This document shows, in pieces, positions 51,446 through 64,000 of a stretch of 64,000 nucleotides of DNA (its first letter is position 1; each line of letters opens with the position of its first letter). Location: the NCBI GenBank assembly GCA_038087875.1, contig CM075989.1, positions 18,044,001 through 18,108,000 of the forward strand, written 5' to 3'. This DNA comes from Malacoraja senta. Lineage: Eukaryota. The position numbers were made by a program, and so were the translations under genes. Below the pieces are notes generated by a model. It saw only the letters and a list, made by a program, of their open reading frames with translations. It searched no databases and was not told the origin of the DNA.

Positions 51446-53195
51446 TTAGCATTTCTTTAATAAGACTTGGAAAGACCACAATAAAGACTAAAGATTAAAC
51501 AAGGTACTGCACTGCCACAGAAACAAATGCTGTACAACTCCACGAGAATATCAGCATGAGAAGAGCACCTTTACTGGAATCACGGCCATCACCGACTCAT
51601 AGAACGATACACCCATGAAACAGGCCCTTCAGCCCCTTTGAGTTCATACTGACCATCAACCACCCATGTACACTAATCCTACATTGACCTTATTTTTTCT
51701 TTCCCCCACATTCTCATCAACGTTGTCATTCACTGGGCACAATTTACAGCAGTCAATTAAGCTACCAACATGCATGGTTTTTTGGGATGAGGGAGGCAAC
51801 CCACAGGGGGAAGGTACAAACTCATCACAAACGGCAGGCGAGGTCAGGACTGAAACCGTGAGTCTGGTGGTGTGAGGTAGCGGCTTTATTGGGAGTGCCA
51901 CAGTGTGCTCCAATACTTAATAAACAGCGTACAGGCTGGGATGGAGCAGAGGCTGGAATCTGTATGAAGCCACAAGGTGCTGGTGATCGAGAGGACGTGA
52001 CCTTGGATTCGATCAATGCTGGAGAAATAGAATTTGTTATCGTCCTCCCAACATCTATCACGGATCATGCAGCATGGGACAGGCGCAAGTGACAGCGCAG
52101 AAGGTTACGAAAGGGGCAAGAGAGAGCCTGTTGTTAAGGGAACAGACATAGGAACGGTGCATTGGCCACTGGGACAGGCTGGTGAGCAACCAGCAGAAAG
52201 GACAAAGTGAGATTTGGAGCGCTGTGGGTGAGTGCTTAAAGGAGACGGTGAGAGAGGCTCAAGGTGAAGGCTGGCACAGAGCTCCACACTACAGCTGTGC
52301 AGAATTCAAAGCAATTTGCCAATCATGTCCTACAGCACAGAAACAGGCCATCAGTCTGAAGAAGGGTCTCGAGCCGAAACGTCACCCATTCCTTCTCTCC
52401 AGAGATGCTGCCTGTCCCGCTGAGTTACTCCAGCCTTTTGTGTCTCTCATTTGGCACAACTTGTCCATGCCAACCAAGGTGCCCCATCTACTGTAAGCTG
52501 GTCCTATTTGTATACAGTTTGGCCCTTATCCCTCTAAACCTTTCCTCTTCATGTAGCTGTGCGAATGTCTTTTGAATGTTATTGTACTCACCTCAACCTT
52601 CTCTGGCAGCTCATTCCATATATACTCCACCCTCTATGTGTGAACAAGTGTGTGTCCCTCAGGTTCTCAGTAAATATTTCCCCTCTCACCTTAAACCTAT
52701 GCTCTCTCATTCTTCATTCCCCTACGCTGGATAAAGACCCTCTAGTTATTCACCTTACGGTTTTATAAACCTCTATACGATCATACCTCAGCGTCCTGTG
52801 TACCAAGGAATAAAGTTCAAGCCTGCCCAAGCCTATAGTTCAGAACCTCGCATCCTGACAACAGCCCCGTAAATCTACTCTGCACCTTTTCCAGCTTAAC
52901 GGCATCTTTCCCATAACAAGGTGACCAAAACTGAACACAATACTCCCAATGCAGCCTCACCAACGTCTTGTGCATCTGCAATACAACGTCCCAACTCCTG
53001 TATCAGTGCCCTGAATGATGAAGGCCAGGGTGCCAAAAGCCTTCTTTGCTACCCTATCTTCTTGGGGACCGAAGGAAAATAGAACAGATATATTTGGTGA
53101 AGGAGGATTTGGAAGGGATGGTGTGGGTGGGGATAGTATGGCATTTAAACGGAAGAAGATCATGCATAAGAATAAAACAAAATAAATGGACGTAC

Positions 53196-53256
53196 CTGGT
53201 TAGAAGTGATTTCACTTCTTGGGGGGTCGTTTAAGTTAATAGCATAGACTTGATCC
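53196..53256 (-). CDS. SEMA6D: SEMA6D coding exon 3
   Basis: aaatag|...|gtacgt. DQVYAINLNDPPRSEITSNQ, 61 nt, intact. Confidence 0.92.
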
Positions 53257-53411
53257 CTATTTAAAATAAAAGTTATGGAAGTAAATATAATGATCTGAGA
53301 GCTGGTGTTAGACATTTCAGGTCTTTGATGAAGATTACTGCTGGACAATTTAAATATAATGTTTACATTTCTGATCTGACACAACCAGATGAAGTATAGA
53401 GACCAGCATAC

Positions 53412-53524
53412 CTGCCACCAATGTAAAGCATGTTCTCAATTTTCAACATAAGCTGGTAATCCAGTCGATGGACAGATTCATTCGCCAAGAGCCGACCTCT
53501 GAACAAGGGATGTTTGTCTCGAAA
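53412..53524 (-). CDS. SEMA6D: SEMA6D coding exon 2 (+1 indel)
   Basis: ttttgcag|...|gtatgc. Encodes (F)[37 protein letters not shown]. 113 nt, whereas phase 1->2 needs 112. Confidence 0.92.
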
Positions 53525-53627
53525 CTGCAAAACAGAATTGGGCTCCATCATCAAAAAAAAGCTGGGAAAATTCATGAGTCAAGAGTGTTTTATTGTCGTG
53601 TGTCCCGAAACGGAACAATGAAATTCT

Positions 53628-54302
<675 letters not shown>

Positions 54303-57300
54303 TAACCAACTGCATGGGGGAAGGCACTGCATTGTACTCAGATGGCACCTAAACAAAACTATCAATATAACTGCTTTCTTGTTGATGGCTGCCAGACAAA
54401 TACACGTTGTCAAGAGTCAAGGGTGTGTTTAGGTCATATGTCCCAGATAGAACAATGAAATTCTTACTTGCAGTACGTACTTACAGTGGCATGGTAAGTA
54501 TTGTTTGGACTGCCCTCCTGCTCAGATTTTGTCTCTCCTACTTAATAAATATCTTTATATAATTGGGATCCATTGACACATGTCCCCCCCCCCACCCCCA
54601 CCCCCCCCCCTCACACACATTCAATGTTGCAGGACGGGGAGAGCTGGGGTGATATCCAGAGTGGACACTGCACTTGCTCGGCAGAAAGGGATCTATTTAC
54701 GAATCAGAGGTAGAAACACAGAAAATAAGTGCAGTAGTAGGCCATTCGACCCTTCGAGCCATTCAATATGATCATTGTTGATCATCCAAAATCAGAACCC
54801 CGGTACTGCTTTCCCCCCCCCATGTCCCTTGATTCCATTAGCCCCAACAGCTATACCCAACTCTCTCTTGAAAATTTGGGTAGATTTCGGTGTTACTTTC
54901 GGTTTAGGAACACAGATGGTCTCATCTATAACTTTCTTTGCATCTGACTAGCACGTGTCAAACTAATTTAAGTAGGTGTGGAATAAACCCCAGTAGTGTG
55001 AACCGTGATGAAAGGCCATAGTGATCAGTGTCGTATATTGACTTGCTCCTCCACTCAAATGTTCTTGCAATGAAGGCCACACCACCAGCTTTGGTTGCTA
55101 ATTTTCAAAGATTTATTTACAAGGGCTCCAGAACACTTTTGCTTTTCTGAAGAAGGGTCTCGACACGAAACGTCACCCATTCCTTCACCCCAGAGATGCT
55201 CCAACATTTTGTGTCTATCTTTTGGTTTAAACCAGCATCTGCAGTTCCTTCTTACACGTTGCTTTCCTACTTTTTCTGCCAAAGTAGATGAATTTACAAT
55301 TGTTCACATGATATCCCAACTGGAAAGTACTCGCCCATTCTAATCTTATAATGGTGGAGAAAGAGGCCATTCAGCTCATCTGGTCCATGTTTGCTCCTGG
55401 AGAGTCATCCCATTGAGCCCACTCCACCACTGACTGTAACGTTCTCTCATTGTCCAACAGTGAGGGATCATTTGTAGCAGCCATCAGTTTGTCTTTGGCA
55501 TGTTGGCTCAAGAACCTTATGCCGGGAGGCACTCAGGTAGAGAATTAGCAAACCGCGCAGACAGGCAGACAAGCTGAGGATTGAAGATAGACACAAAATG
55601 CTGGAGTAACTCAGCGAGACAGGCAGCATCAGGCTGAAGAAGGGTTTTGACTCGAAACGTCACCCATTCCTTCTATCCAGAGATGCTGCCCGTCCCGCTG
55701 AGTTACTCCAGCATTCTGTGTCTCTCTTCGGTGTAAACCAGCATCTGCAGTTCCTTCCTGCAACAGAGGTCAGGATTGAACCCGGGTCTCTGGAGCGGAG
55801 GCAGCAGAACTAAACCGCTGCACCACCCTGCCTGCTCCACGGAACTTCCCCGTTTCCTCCTCACAGCAGGCGGCTCGGTGGCGCAGCAGGTAGACCCGCT
55901 GCCTCACAGCGACAGAGACCACGTGTTCGATCCTGTCCTCGGGTGCAGTCTCTGCGGAGTTTGCTCAAATCCGTCTACGAGTATAGACACGAATGAATGT
56001 GCTTGTTCTAATTATGTTAATGGCTTGCCGCAACATGCACTGATAAATGGCACTCAATATACCCAATAACACTATTTGTGGTTATATCTCCACTCTACAG
56101 AGTGAGGGGACCTGGGCATGAGTCGACCACCAGAGTCTTGTGTTGGGCTTGGTTGATCTCCAGGTCCCTGTGATACTCAGGGCTTTCCTCCAGCCACTTG
56201 CCCCACTGACTAGGACATGCAATTCCCATTGAGTGGATTTGAGAGACACCACACTCTTGCATGCTGCCCTGATATCCTCCCCCTCCTCCCCAGTTGAATC
56301 AATGGCACACAGCTACCTCTGGTCGAAACCCTTCTCTGGTGCAGAACGGACCCAGAGATGTACAGGACCTCACAGGGGGTCATGATGGTCCCATTTTAGG
56401 TCTTTTCATTGGGTGTTTAACATTGAGGTATTTCAGACTGAATCTTGGTCAAGTTTATGATTATATTTTAAAGGGGGAACGTGCCCAAGAATGAGAGTCA
56501 GCCAACTGTTGTAGTTACCAAAGTTAGACACAAAATGCTGGAGTAACTCAGCGGATCAGGCACTCCAACACTTTGTGTCTACCTTCATCTGCAACCAACA
56601 ATCTGCGGTTCTTTTCGACATGTTTTAGATATCAATTCAGTAAAGGAAAAAAACAAAAGAACTGATTGGCTTTACAAAATAATCTCAGGGAAATAATGTC
56701 AAGATAGTGGCCAGAGTTCCACCTTCCTCAACTCCCCTCAAACCCCACTGGGAATGTCAGCAACGCTCCTATGCAGATCCCTCAATTTTATGCTTTTAAA
56801 TCCAATATATTAATACGGAAAAAACCCTAATATTTCCACCGCTGTATATCCACAGCCCCTCTTACAGTTGTGGTACGAAATAACTCTCTAGCCATCCTTG
56901 ACAGGAGGTACAGAGGTCAGGGTGAGAAGGTCAACCTATTTTTGCAATGATGCCTGGTGTAGCTTCATGGCTCAGTACACAGCGTCCACAGAGATCTGGC
57001 CACATTTTAGTTGGGGTTTTGTGTCATGGATGGCGTGGCAAGGTCACCTTTATTGCTCAGTGCTGGTGGTGCAAAGATGTTTGAAGGACCTAGCTGCCCA
57101 GAGGGGGTAGTTGAAGTGGGTGCTACAGCAATATTTAAAGACAGTTGGACAGGTACATGGATAGGAATGGTTTAAAGCAATATGGGCCAAATGGGACTAG
57201 CTTGGATGGGGTATCTTGGTTGGCATGACCAATCTATCACTCTCTGATCATCTCCTTGGCCAGTATAGACCTTGTTATGTTGCCACTACATGTACCAGGG

Positions 57301-57582
57301 AATGCCATTTTGACTTGGAAATGAGGAAGAATGAGGATAAATATCTAAAAGCAATTCACTTGTAATCCCTCTTGAGATCACACCGCCCCTTGCCAACAAC
57401 TGGGCTGTTGGAGAAACACCCTGTCTGAGGTCATCTGTTGCTGGCCCTGATTTGGCTGGTCTGTTGTTGCTTTCAGTCCACACCCTTCCTCCTCTACAAT
57501 CAGCCTAAAGAAGGGTCCCGACCTAAAACGTCACCTATCAATGGAGGACACGGCGAGGGGGGACAGGTGTGAGGGTCGGAGT

Positions 57583-57722
57583 AGAGGGGGGGGACAACAA
57601 GGGGAGCAGGTGCGGGAGATGGGGGGAGAATGGGGGACCTGGCACGGGAGGGGGGGGGGAACAAGGGGGACCAGGCGCGGGGGGGGGGGAACAAGGGGGA
57701 CCTGGCGTGGGGGGGGGGGGGG
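57583..57722 (+). repeat. G-rich tandem repeat (Gn-aacaagggggacc(t/a)ggc)
   Basis: Three to four imperfect units with long G runs, so G-quadruplex-capable. Confidence 0.7.
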
Positions 57723-58375
57723 TACTTTGAGACTTTGTCGGCGCGCTCTATGTGGCGACTATTTGCATATTGGGTACGCAAGCAAAGAATTTCACTGTGA
57801 CTGCTCACATGTGACAATAAAGTAATCACTCATTCTGCAGAGATGTTGCCTGAGCCGCTGAGATACTCCACCATTCGGTGCCTGTCTTTGGTATAGTGCA
57901 AGTCACTCTTCGACTCGGAAGAGAACTTCAGGATTGCCGCATCCCCAGAGTTTGTTCTCCTCCGACGCAGTCAACCTTCTGGGGCTGGGAGGTGGACATC
58001 TCCACCCAGGGAAAAAGGTTTTTATTGTCTCCTCAAGTCAGGAAGTCCCTCCCTGCTTTTGTCACGATGGAGTTGATGTTGAAGGTCGACACAAAATGCT
58101 GGAGTAACTCAGCGGGACAGGCAGCGTCTCTGGAGAGAAGGAATGGGCGATGTTTTGGGTCGAGGCCCTTCTTCAGACTGAGAGCGCCAGGGGCGGTGGT
58201 GGAGGCAGATACGATAGTGGTGTTTTAGAGGCTTTTAGATAGGCACATGGTAGTGCAGGAGTTGATATTTTCGGTTCCTTTCAGAGTGATAGTTTGATTG
58301 CACAACCAAGAAGCAGCACCAGCAGCAGCTCAGGAAAGTTGAAGGGGGTCAGTTTCCATTTAACCTTTATTGGAG

Positions 58376-58669
58376 ATAGACACAAAATGCTGGAGTAACT
58401 CAGCGGGTCAGGCAGCGTCTCTGGAGAGAAGGAATGGGTGATGTTTCGGGTCGAGACCCTTCTTCAGACTGGTTAGGGTTGGACGGGATACGAGAGATAT
58501 AGACGTTGATGTAGAGAGATAAAGAACAATGAATGAACGATATGCAAAAAAGTAACGATGATACAGGAAACAGGCCATTGTTAGCTGATGGTAGGGTGAA
58601 GACGAGAAGCTGGTGTGACTTTGGTGGGGGAGAGGTAGAGAGAGAGGGAATGCCGGGACTTCCTGAAGT
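58376..58669 (-). mobile_element. Penelope-derived 3' fragment with hammerhead-like core
   Basis: Terminal motif plus CUGAAGA-stem-GAAAC core on the minus strand (58437-58470). 10-bp direct repeat tttattggag on both sides. Confidence 0.65.
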
Positions 58670-59790
58670 TTTATTGGAGCAGGGAGGTTGAACTGTAGCA
58701 GCGGCTCCCTAGCTGGCAAAACCGCCACATATAACCGCAAGCAATAATTCTCAGAAACGCTACAGGTGGTCTCTGCAACAGAATGATTCAGCTAATGCAA
58801 GTGCATCCCAATGAATGGGCACAATTTGCTTTTAAGACAAAACTTTTAATTATTAAAGACAAGTTCCATTGATTAAGAGTCAGCGCGCAATTTAAATTTT
58901 CTTTTATAAAACACATTAGGCTTCAGGGATTCTTTACTCTGTCTCCTTCCAATTTGTGCTGTCGTTATACCACTGCCCTGAGGATGAGGCCAACTTTTGT
59001 TTTGCTGCCTGATTGAATGGTTTGTCTTATCAGGACGCGACTATACTACTGATTTTTTTTTTAAACCTTCGTGTTTTTTTCTTTAGGTTTAGAGTTACAG
59101 TGCGGGCACAGGCCCTTCGGCCCACCGAGTCCGCTCTGACTAGCGATCTCCGCACATTAGCACTATCCTGCACACACTAGGGACAATTTACAATTACACC
59201 AAGCCAATTTTAGTTTGTTTAGAGATACCGTGTGGAAACTGGCCCTCCACACCACCAAGTCCGCGCCGAACAGCGATCCCCGCACACTAACACTGTCCCA
59301 TGCACGCTAGGGACAATTTACAATTTTTTCCAAGCCAACGAACCTACAAACCTGAATGTCTTTGGAATGTGGGAGGAAACCGGAGATCCCAGTGAAAACC
59401 CACGCAGGTCACAGGGTGAAAGTACAAACTCCGTACAGACAAGCACCAGTCGTTATCAGTTAATTTTAGGTAGTTTAGCGTGCTTTTAGGGCTATAAGGA
59501 ATCAAGGGATATGGGGGGGGTGGGGGGGGGAAGCAGGAACAAGGTACTGATTTTAGATGATCAGCCATGATCATATTGAATGGCAGTGGCTGGCTCGAAA
59601 GGCTGAATGGCCTACACCTGCACCTATTTTTCCTATTTTTCCTATGTCTTCTATGTTTTCTAGTCAGGGATCGAACCCGGGTTTCTGGCGCTGTAAGGCA
59701 GCAACTCTACCGCTTGCAGCTAACTGTAATGCAAGTTGGCTGCATTCATGTAGAAGGGATGGATGGTGATGCAAGAAACTGCAGACTTAC

Positions 59791-59905
59791 AGTGGAACTC
59801 GATGGTGTTGATGGGCTTGTCATCTTCAGGGAAGCTGCCGGCTGCTGCCGGATGTAGCGTCAGTAGGAAGGCGGCCACCACGAAGCAGCAATCATTCACG
59901 GACAT
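59791..59905 (-). CDS. SEMA6D: SEMA6D coding exon 1 (signal peptide, start of Sema domain)
   Basis: ATG at 59905 gives MSVNDCCFVVAAFLLTLHPAAAGSFPEDDKPINTIEFH, resembling the SEMA6 N-terminus (SFPEDDEPLNTVDYH). Phase-1 donor gtaag at 59790. Acceptor ttctgcag before 59952 gives 47 nt of 5'UTR in this exon. Confidence 0.92.
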
Positions 59906-60593
59906 TTTCACGCTTGTCACAAGAGAATTCCTTCGCAAAATGGAAAAACTTCCTGCAGAATAAACAACAAAAATTGATTTGCTTTATCAGTTAATTTTAG
60001 TTTAATTTACTATTGTCATGTGTACTGAGGCACCATGAAAAGCTTGTTTGCGGCATGCGTCCAGTCAAGCGAAAAGACTAATCGCCCTTTCCTTCTCTCC
60101 AGAGATGCTGCCTGTTCCGCCGAGTTACTGCAGATTTTGTGTCTAACAGCGAAAAGACTATACATGTTTACAATCGAGCCATCCACAGTGTATAGGTAAC
60201 AGAATAAAGGATGACGGTTATAACGCTTAGTGCAAGATAAAGTCCAGTCAAGTCTGATTAAAAGACAGTTCAAAGGTTTCCACTGAGATAGATGGGAGGT
60301 CAGGACCGCTCCAATGTTGGTGAGAGGACGGTTCAGTTGCCTGATAACAGCGGCAATGATCAGTGAAAGAATATCAACGCGGTGGCGAGCTCTCCGACTT
60401 CCCCCACTCCCTCGACAAGTCACCGAGAAGGTCAGTAATAGTCCTGCTCACAACTCACAATTTTGTACTTTTACATTTTGAGAGGCATTAACAGTCAGAC
60501 CCTTTCTTTCAGGATGTTAATGTCAAAGATACTTGGTACACACTGCCAGGGGTGGTGGTGGAAGCAGATACAAATGGTGGCATTGAAGAGACT

Positions 60594-60686
60594 GGAATGC
60601 AAGCAGAAGCCTCCACGTGGCGCATCCCGGGCAATGCTGACGACAGAAACTGTACCACAGTGACTGACTGAAGTAGCCAATTCTGC
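60594..60686 (+). ncRNA. HDV-like self-cleaving ribozyme (predicted, one P1 mismatch)
   Basis: P1 GGAAUGC/GCAUCCC, P2 GCAGAA/UUCUGC, P3 GCC/GGC, L3 UCCACGU, P1.1 CC/GG, GCAA, P4 base UGCU/AGUA, J4/2 GCCAA (catalytic C at 60677). Confidence 0.82.
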
Positions 60687-60761
60687 AACCACCGACCGTC
60701 AACCGTCACTGACCGACCGGAAAGACGTGATATAGAAGATGGCCGGACACGAGGAAGAAGA
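60594..60761 (+). mobile_element. 168-bp non-autonomous retroposon with 5' HDV-like ribozyme and (GAA)n tail
   Basis: Perfect 12-bp TSD attgaagagact at 60582-60593 and 60762-60773. Ends GGACACGAGGAAGAAGA. Inserted in a CR1 3' fragment. Confidence 0.85.
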
Positions 60762-63700
60762 ATTGAAGAGACTTTTAGACATGCTCATGGATAGGCAAGG
60801 AATGGAGTGATATGGATCATATCAGGGTGCCGAGATTAGTTCAACTCGGCATCATGTTCGGCAGGGACTTTATGGGCTGAAGGGTCTGTCTTTGTAGTGA
60901 TCTATGATGTATATTATTTGAGAAACAGCTGGAATGATATTTGATGAAGCAGCCACATGATCCCATGGATAATGAAGTCTAAAAGATGCCCAATGGGGTT
61001 TTGTACCAAATCCCAACCTTTTGCTTGTGATGATTTAACTTGGGTTAGTGATAGACCTACAGAGTGGCGGCCATACTTCTTAACGTTAGGGCGGCACAGT
61101 GGTGCAGCGGTGGAGTTTGCTGCCTTACAGCACATGCAGTGCCGGAGACCCGGGTTCTCCCCGTGACCGCGTGGGTTTTGTCCGAGATCTTCGGTTTCCT
61201 CACACACTCCAAAGACGTACAGGTATGTAAGTTAATTGGCCCTAGTGTGTGTGTAGGCTAGTGTTAATGTGCAGGGATCGCTGGTCGGCACAGACTCAGC
61301 GGGCTGAAGGGCCTGTATCCATGCTGTATCTCTAAACGAACCTAAACGAAACGCCACAACAGCAAGTACATTTCAAGCATTTAATTGGCTCTGGGAGAAC
61401 ACTGGAATGTCATGCTGGGACAAGTTCTATAAATGCAAGCAGTGCCTTTGCTATCTACCAGTGGTTTTGTTAAAAGAATTTAGCGATACAGCAAGGAAAC
61501 AGGCCCTCTGAGTCCACGCCGCCCAGCGATCACCCCGTACGCTAGCACAACCCTACACACTAGGGATAATCTGCAATCTACAGAAGCCAACTTACCTACA
61601 AACATGTACATCTTTGGAGTGTGGGAGGAAACCGGAGCACCCGGGGAAAACCCACACAGTCACAGAGAGAACGTGCAAACTCCGTACAGACAGCAGCCGA
61701 GGTCAGGAGCGAACTTGGGTCTTTGGCGCTGTGAACTCTGTGTGCAGCAGTTACCTTCCACTTAACCTTGCCTGGTGCCAAAACAAACGCACCCTGCGCC
61801 AAACAACAGCACTGCTTGCTTTATGCAAATTTCTAATCTTTGGACATGTCTTAACAAATTAAGGGTGACGCAGGAGAGAAATTTGCTTAAATCGATGAAT
61901 ATTTTTAATAGCTTAATTCGCCCAAATTTAAAGTGCTTTGTATCTGTATCAATTCAGAAACTAAACCGCATTCTGCAGAATCAACATACAACAGTGAACA
62001 ATTCCCCCACGCCCCTGCCTCAAGTGTAATTGCTGCCAGACCCAAACCTCTGTGGCACATCTGGAGTTAACCAGGCAACACTTGTAAACATAGAAGAATC
62101 ATTCATTCCAGATTTGCAACAGATTAGATAATGTTGTCCGCTGGACACGGTTTTATCCTTGCAATAAAACCACAATGGAGTAAACTTTGTCCCAAACATG
62201 TTTGCTGTGTGACTGAGTTCATCTTTTATTGCGCACCTTGACACAGCATCACCATGCACCACTGTAACACCAACACGTTAGGGGCAATATTTTGCACATC
62301 ATCGTCAACTCTAAGTGTGTCGGAAGGAACTGCCGATGCTGGTTTACACTGAACGTGGACACAAAAACGCTGGAGTAATACAGCGTGGGTCAGGCAGCAT
62401 CTCTGGAGAAGAGGAATAGGTGAGGTTTTGGGTTGAGGCCCTCCTTCAGACTGAGAGTCAGGGGAGAGGGAAACTAGAGGTAATAAAAGGTACAGAAACA
62501 ATTCAGAGCTGGCACCGATGACCAAGGAAAGGTGGAGCCCACGATGGTGCATTGTTGGCTGCGGAAGAGGTGATAACGGAGGGTTACGAACAGTGAAACT
62601 AGCAGGATGACTACGGTGGCGGAGGGACGGGGAGAGAGGGAATGCAATAATTATTTGAAATTAGAGAAATTAATATTAATATTAGCTTTGGCAGCTTGTA
62701 ACCCAGCTATATGAATACTGATTTCGCTAATTTCAAGTAATTTCTCGAATTAGTCCGCATTTCCCCTGACTCCGTCCCATTGGTTATTGGTGCTGGGTCT
62801 ATGCCTTTTCACACCTCTAGTTTCCCCCTCTCCTGACTCTGTCTGAAGTTGGGTCTCGGCCCGAAACGTCACCTATCCATTTTCTCCAGAGGTGCTCCCT
62901 GACCTGCTGAGTTGCTCCAGCATTTGTGCCTGGCATCAATTCTAAAGCTGCCTCTAGCATCCCAGTGAGAAACAAAACATGGAGCAACTGTGTCTGTACT
63001 GCTCGAGCAACAACAATATGCTGGTGGAACTCAGCGGGTCCGGCAGCATCAGTGGACAATAGACAGAGTAGGCCATTTGGCCCTTCGAGCCAGCACTGCC
63101 ATTCAATGTGATCATGGCTGATCATCCACAATCAGTATCCCGTTCCTGCCTTCTTCCATATCCTTGACTACGCCATCTATAAGAGCCCTATCTAGCTCTC
63201 TCTTGAAAAGCATCCAGAGAACCAGCCTCCACCGCCCTCTGAGGAAGAGAATTCCACAGGCTCATCACTCTCTGTGAGAAAAAGTGTTTCCTCATCTCCG
63301 TTCTAAATGGGCTTACCCCTTATTCTTACCCCTGGTTCTGGACTCCCCCAACATCGGGAACATGTTTCCTGCCTGTTGTGTGTTCAAACCCTTAATAATC
63401 TTATACGTTTCGATAAGATCCACTCTCATCCTTCTAAACTCCAGAGGATACAAGCCAGCGCTCCATTGGACAGACGATGTTTCGGGTCGGGACCCTTCTT
63501 CGGACTGTACTGATGTGTACTGCTCCTCCTGCTAGTCGTTACTGATTACTCCAGCAGGGAGATGCTCCATTTCCACTGACTGATATCATTGAGCAGTGAC
63601 ATCCCAACTAAAAACCACCACAGTGATGCAGGAAAATTGAGTCCAATTAGTTTAATGTCAACAATAGTGTCTCAAAAAAAATGAGACACAGATGTAGAAT

Positions 63701-64000
63701 ATTGTCTCATTTCATTTTTATTACCAAGTTTTGATATCTCTTTACAATTGTTCTCTGTAGAAAATAATCAAGAGTGTTTACTTGTCATACAGAGTCATAG
63801 ATCACGGAAACAGGCCGTTCAGCCCAATCTGCCCATGCTGGTCAAGTTGCCCCAGCCAAACTAGTCCTAATTGCCCGAGTATCGTGCATACCCCTCAAAA
63901 CATTTACTATCCGTATACTTGTCCACTTGTGAGTTGTTCTGGCCTTTTCTCGTCTCGAGTTTCCCTCCCTCCCACCTCTATCTTTCAGTCTGAAAGAAAG

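Noticed and set aside
38552..53524. SEMA6D as a pseudogene
   Set aside because: Only run-length indels in one block, with no nonsense changes or splice decay. Assembly error is more parsimonious, though unproven.

Overview
Repeat-rich vertebrate DNA, most likely from a cartilaginous fish (skate/ray; inferred from HE1/V-SINE, CR1 and Penelope-derived repeats). The window holds one protein-coding gene: semaphorin-6D (SEMA6D) on the minus strand, with 18 coding exons from 59905 (ATG) to 21188 (TAA), about 1067 aa once indels are corrected, and a ~1.9 kb 3'UTR. Ten internal exons between 38.5 and 53.5 kb carry 13 single-base indels, probably consensus errors. One intron uses a GC donor, and two likely cassette exons are present. 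The rest is mobile DNA: tRNA-derived V-SINEs, CR1 and Rex1/Babar LINE fragments, Penelope fragments with hammerhead-like cores, and Harbinger-, hAT- and Tigger-like MITEs. The most striking observation is two different short retroposons (15110-15249 minus, 60594-60761 plus). Each is flanked by a target-site duplication, ends in a (GAA)n tail, and begins exactly at the predicted cleavage site of an HDV-like ribozyme. The first has a CPEB3-type core with almost no P4. Comparisons with human SEMA6D and known ribozymes are from recalled sequences, not database searches.
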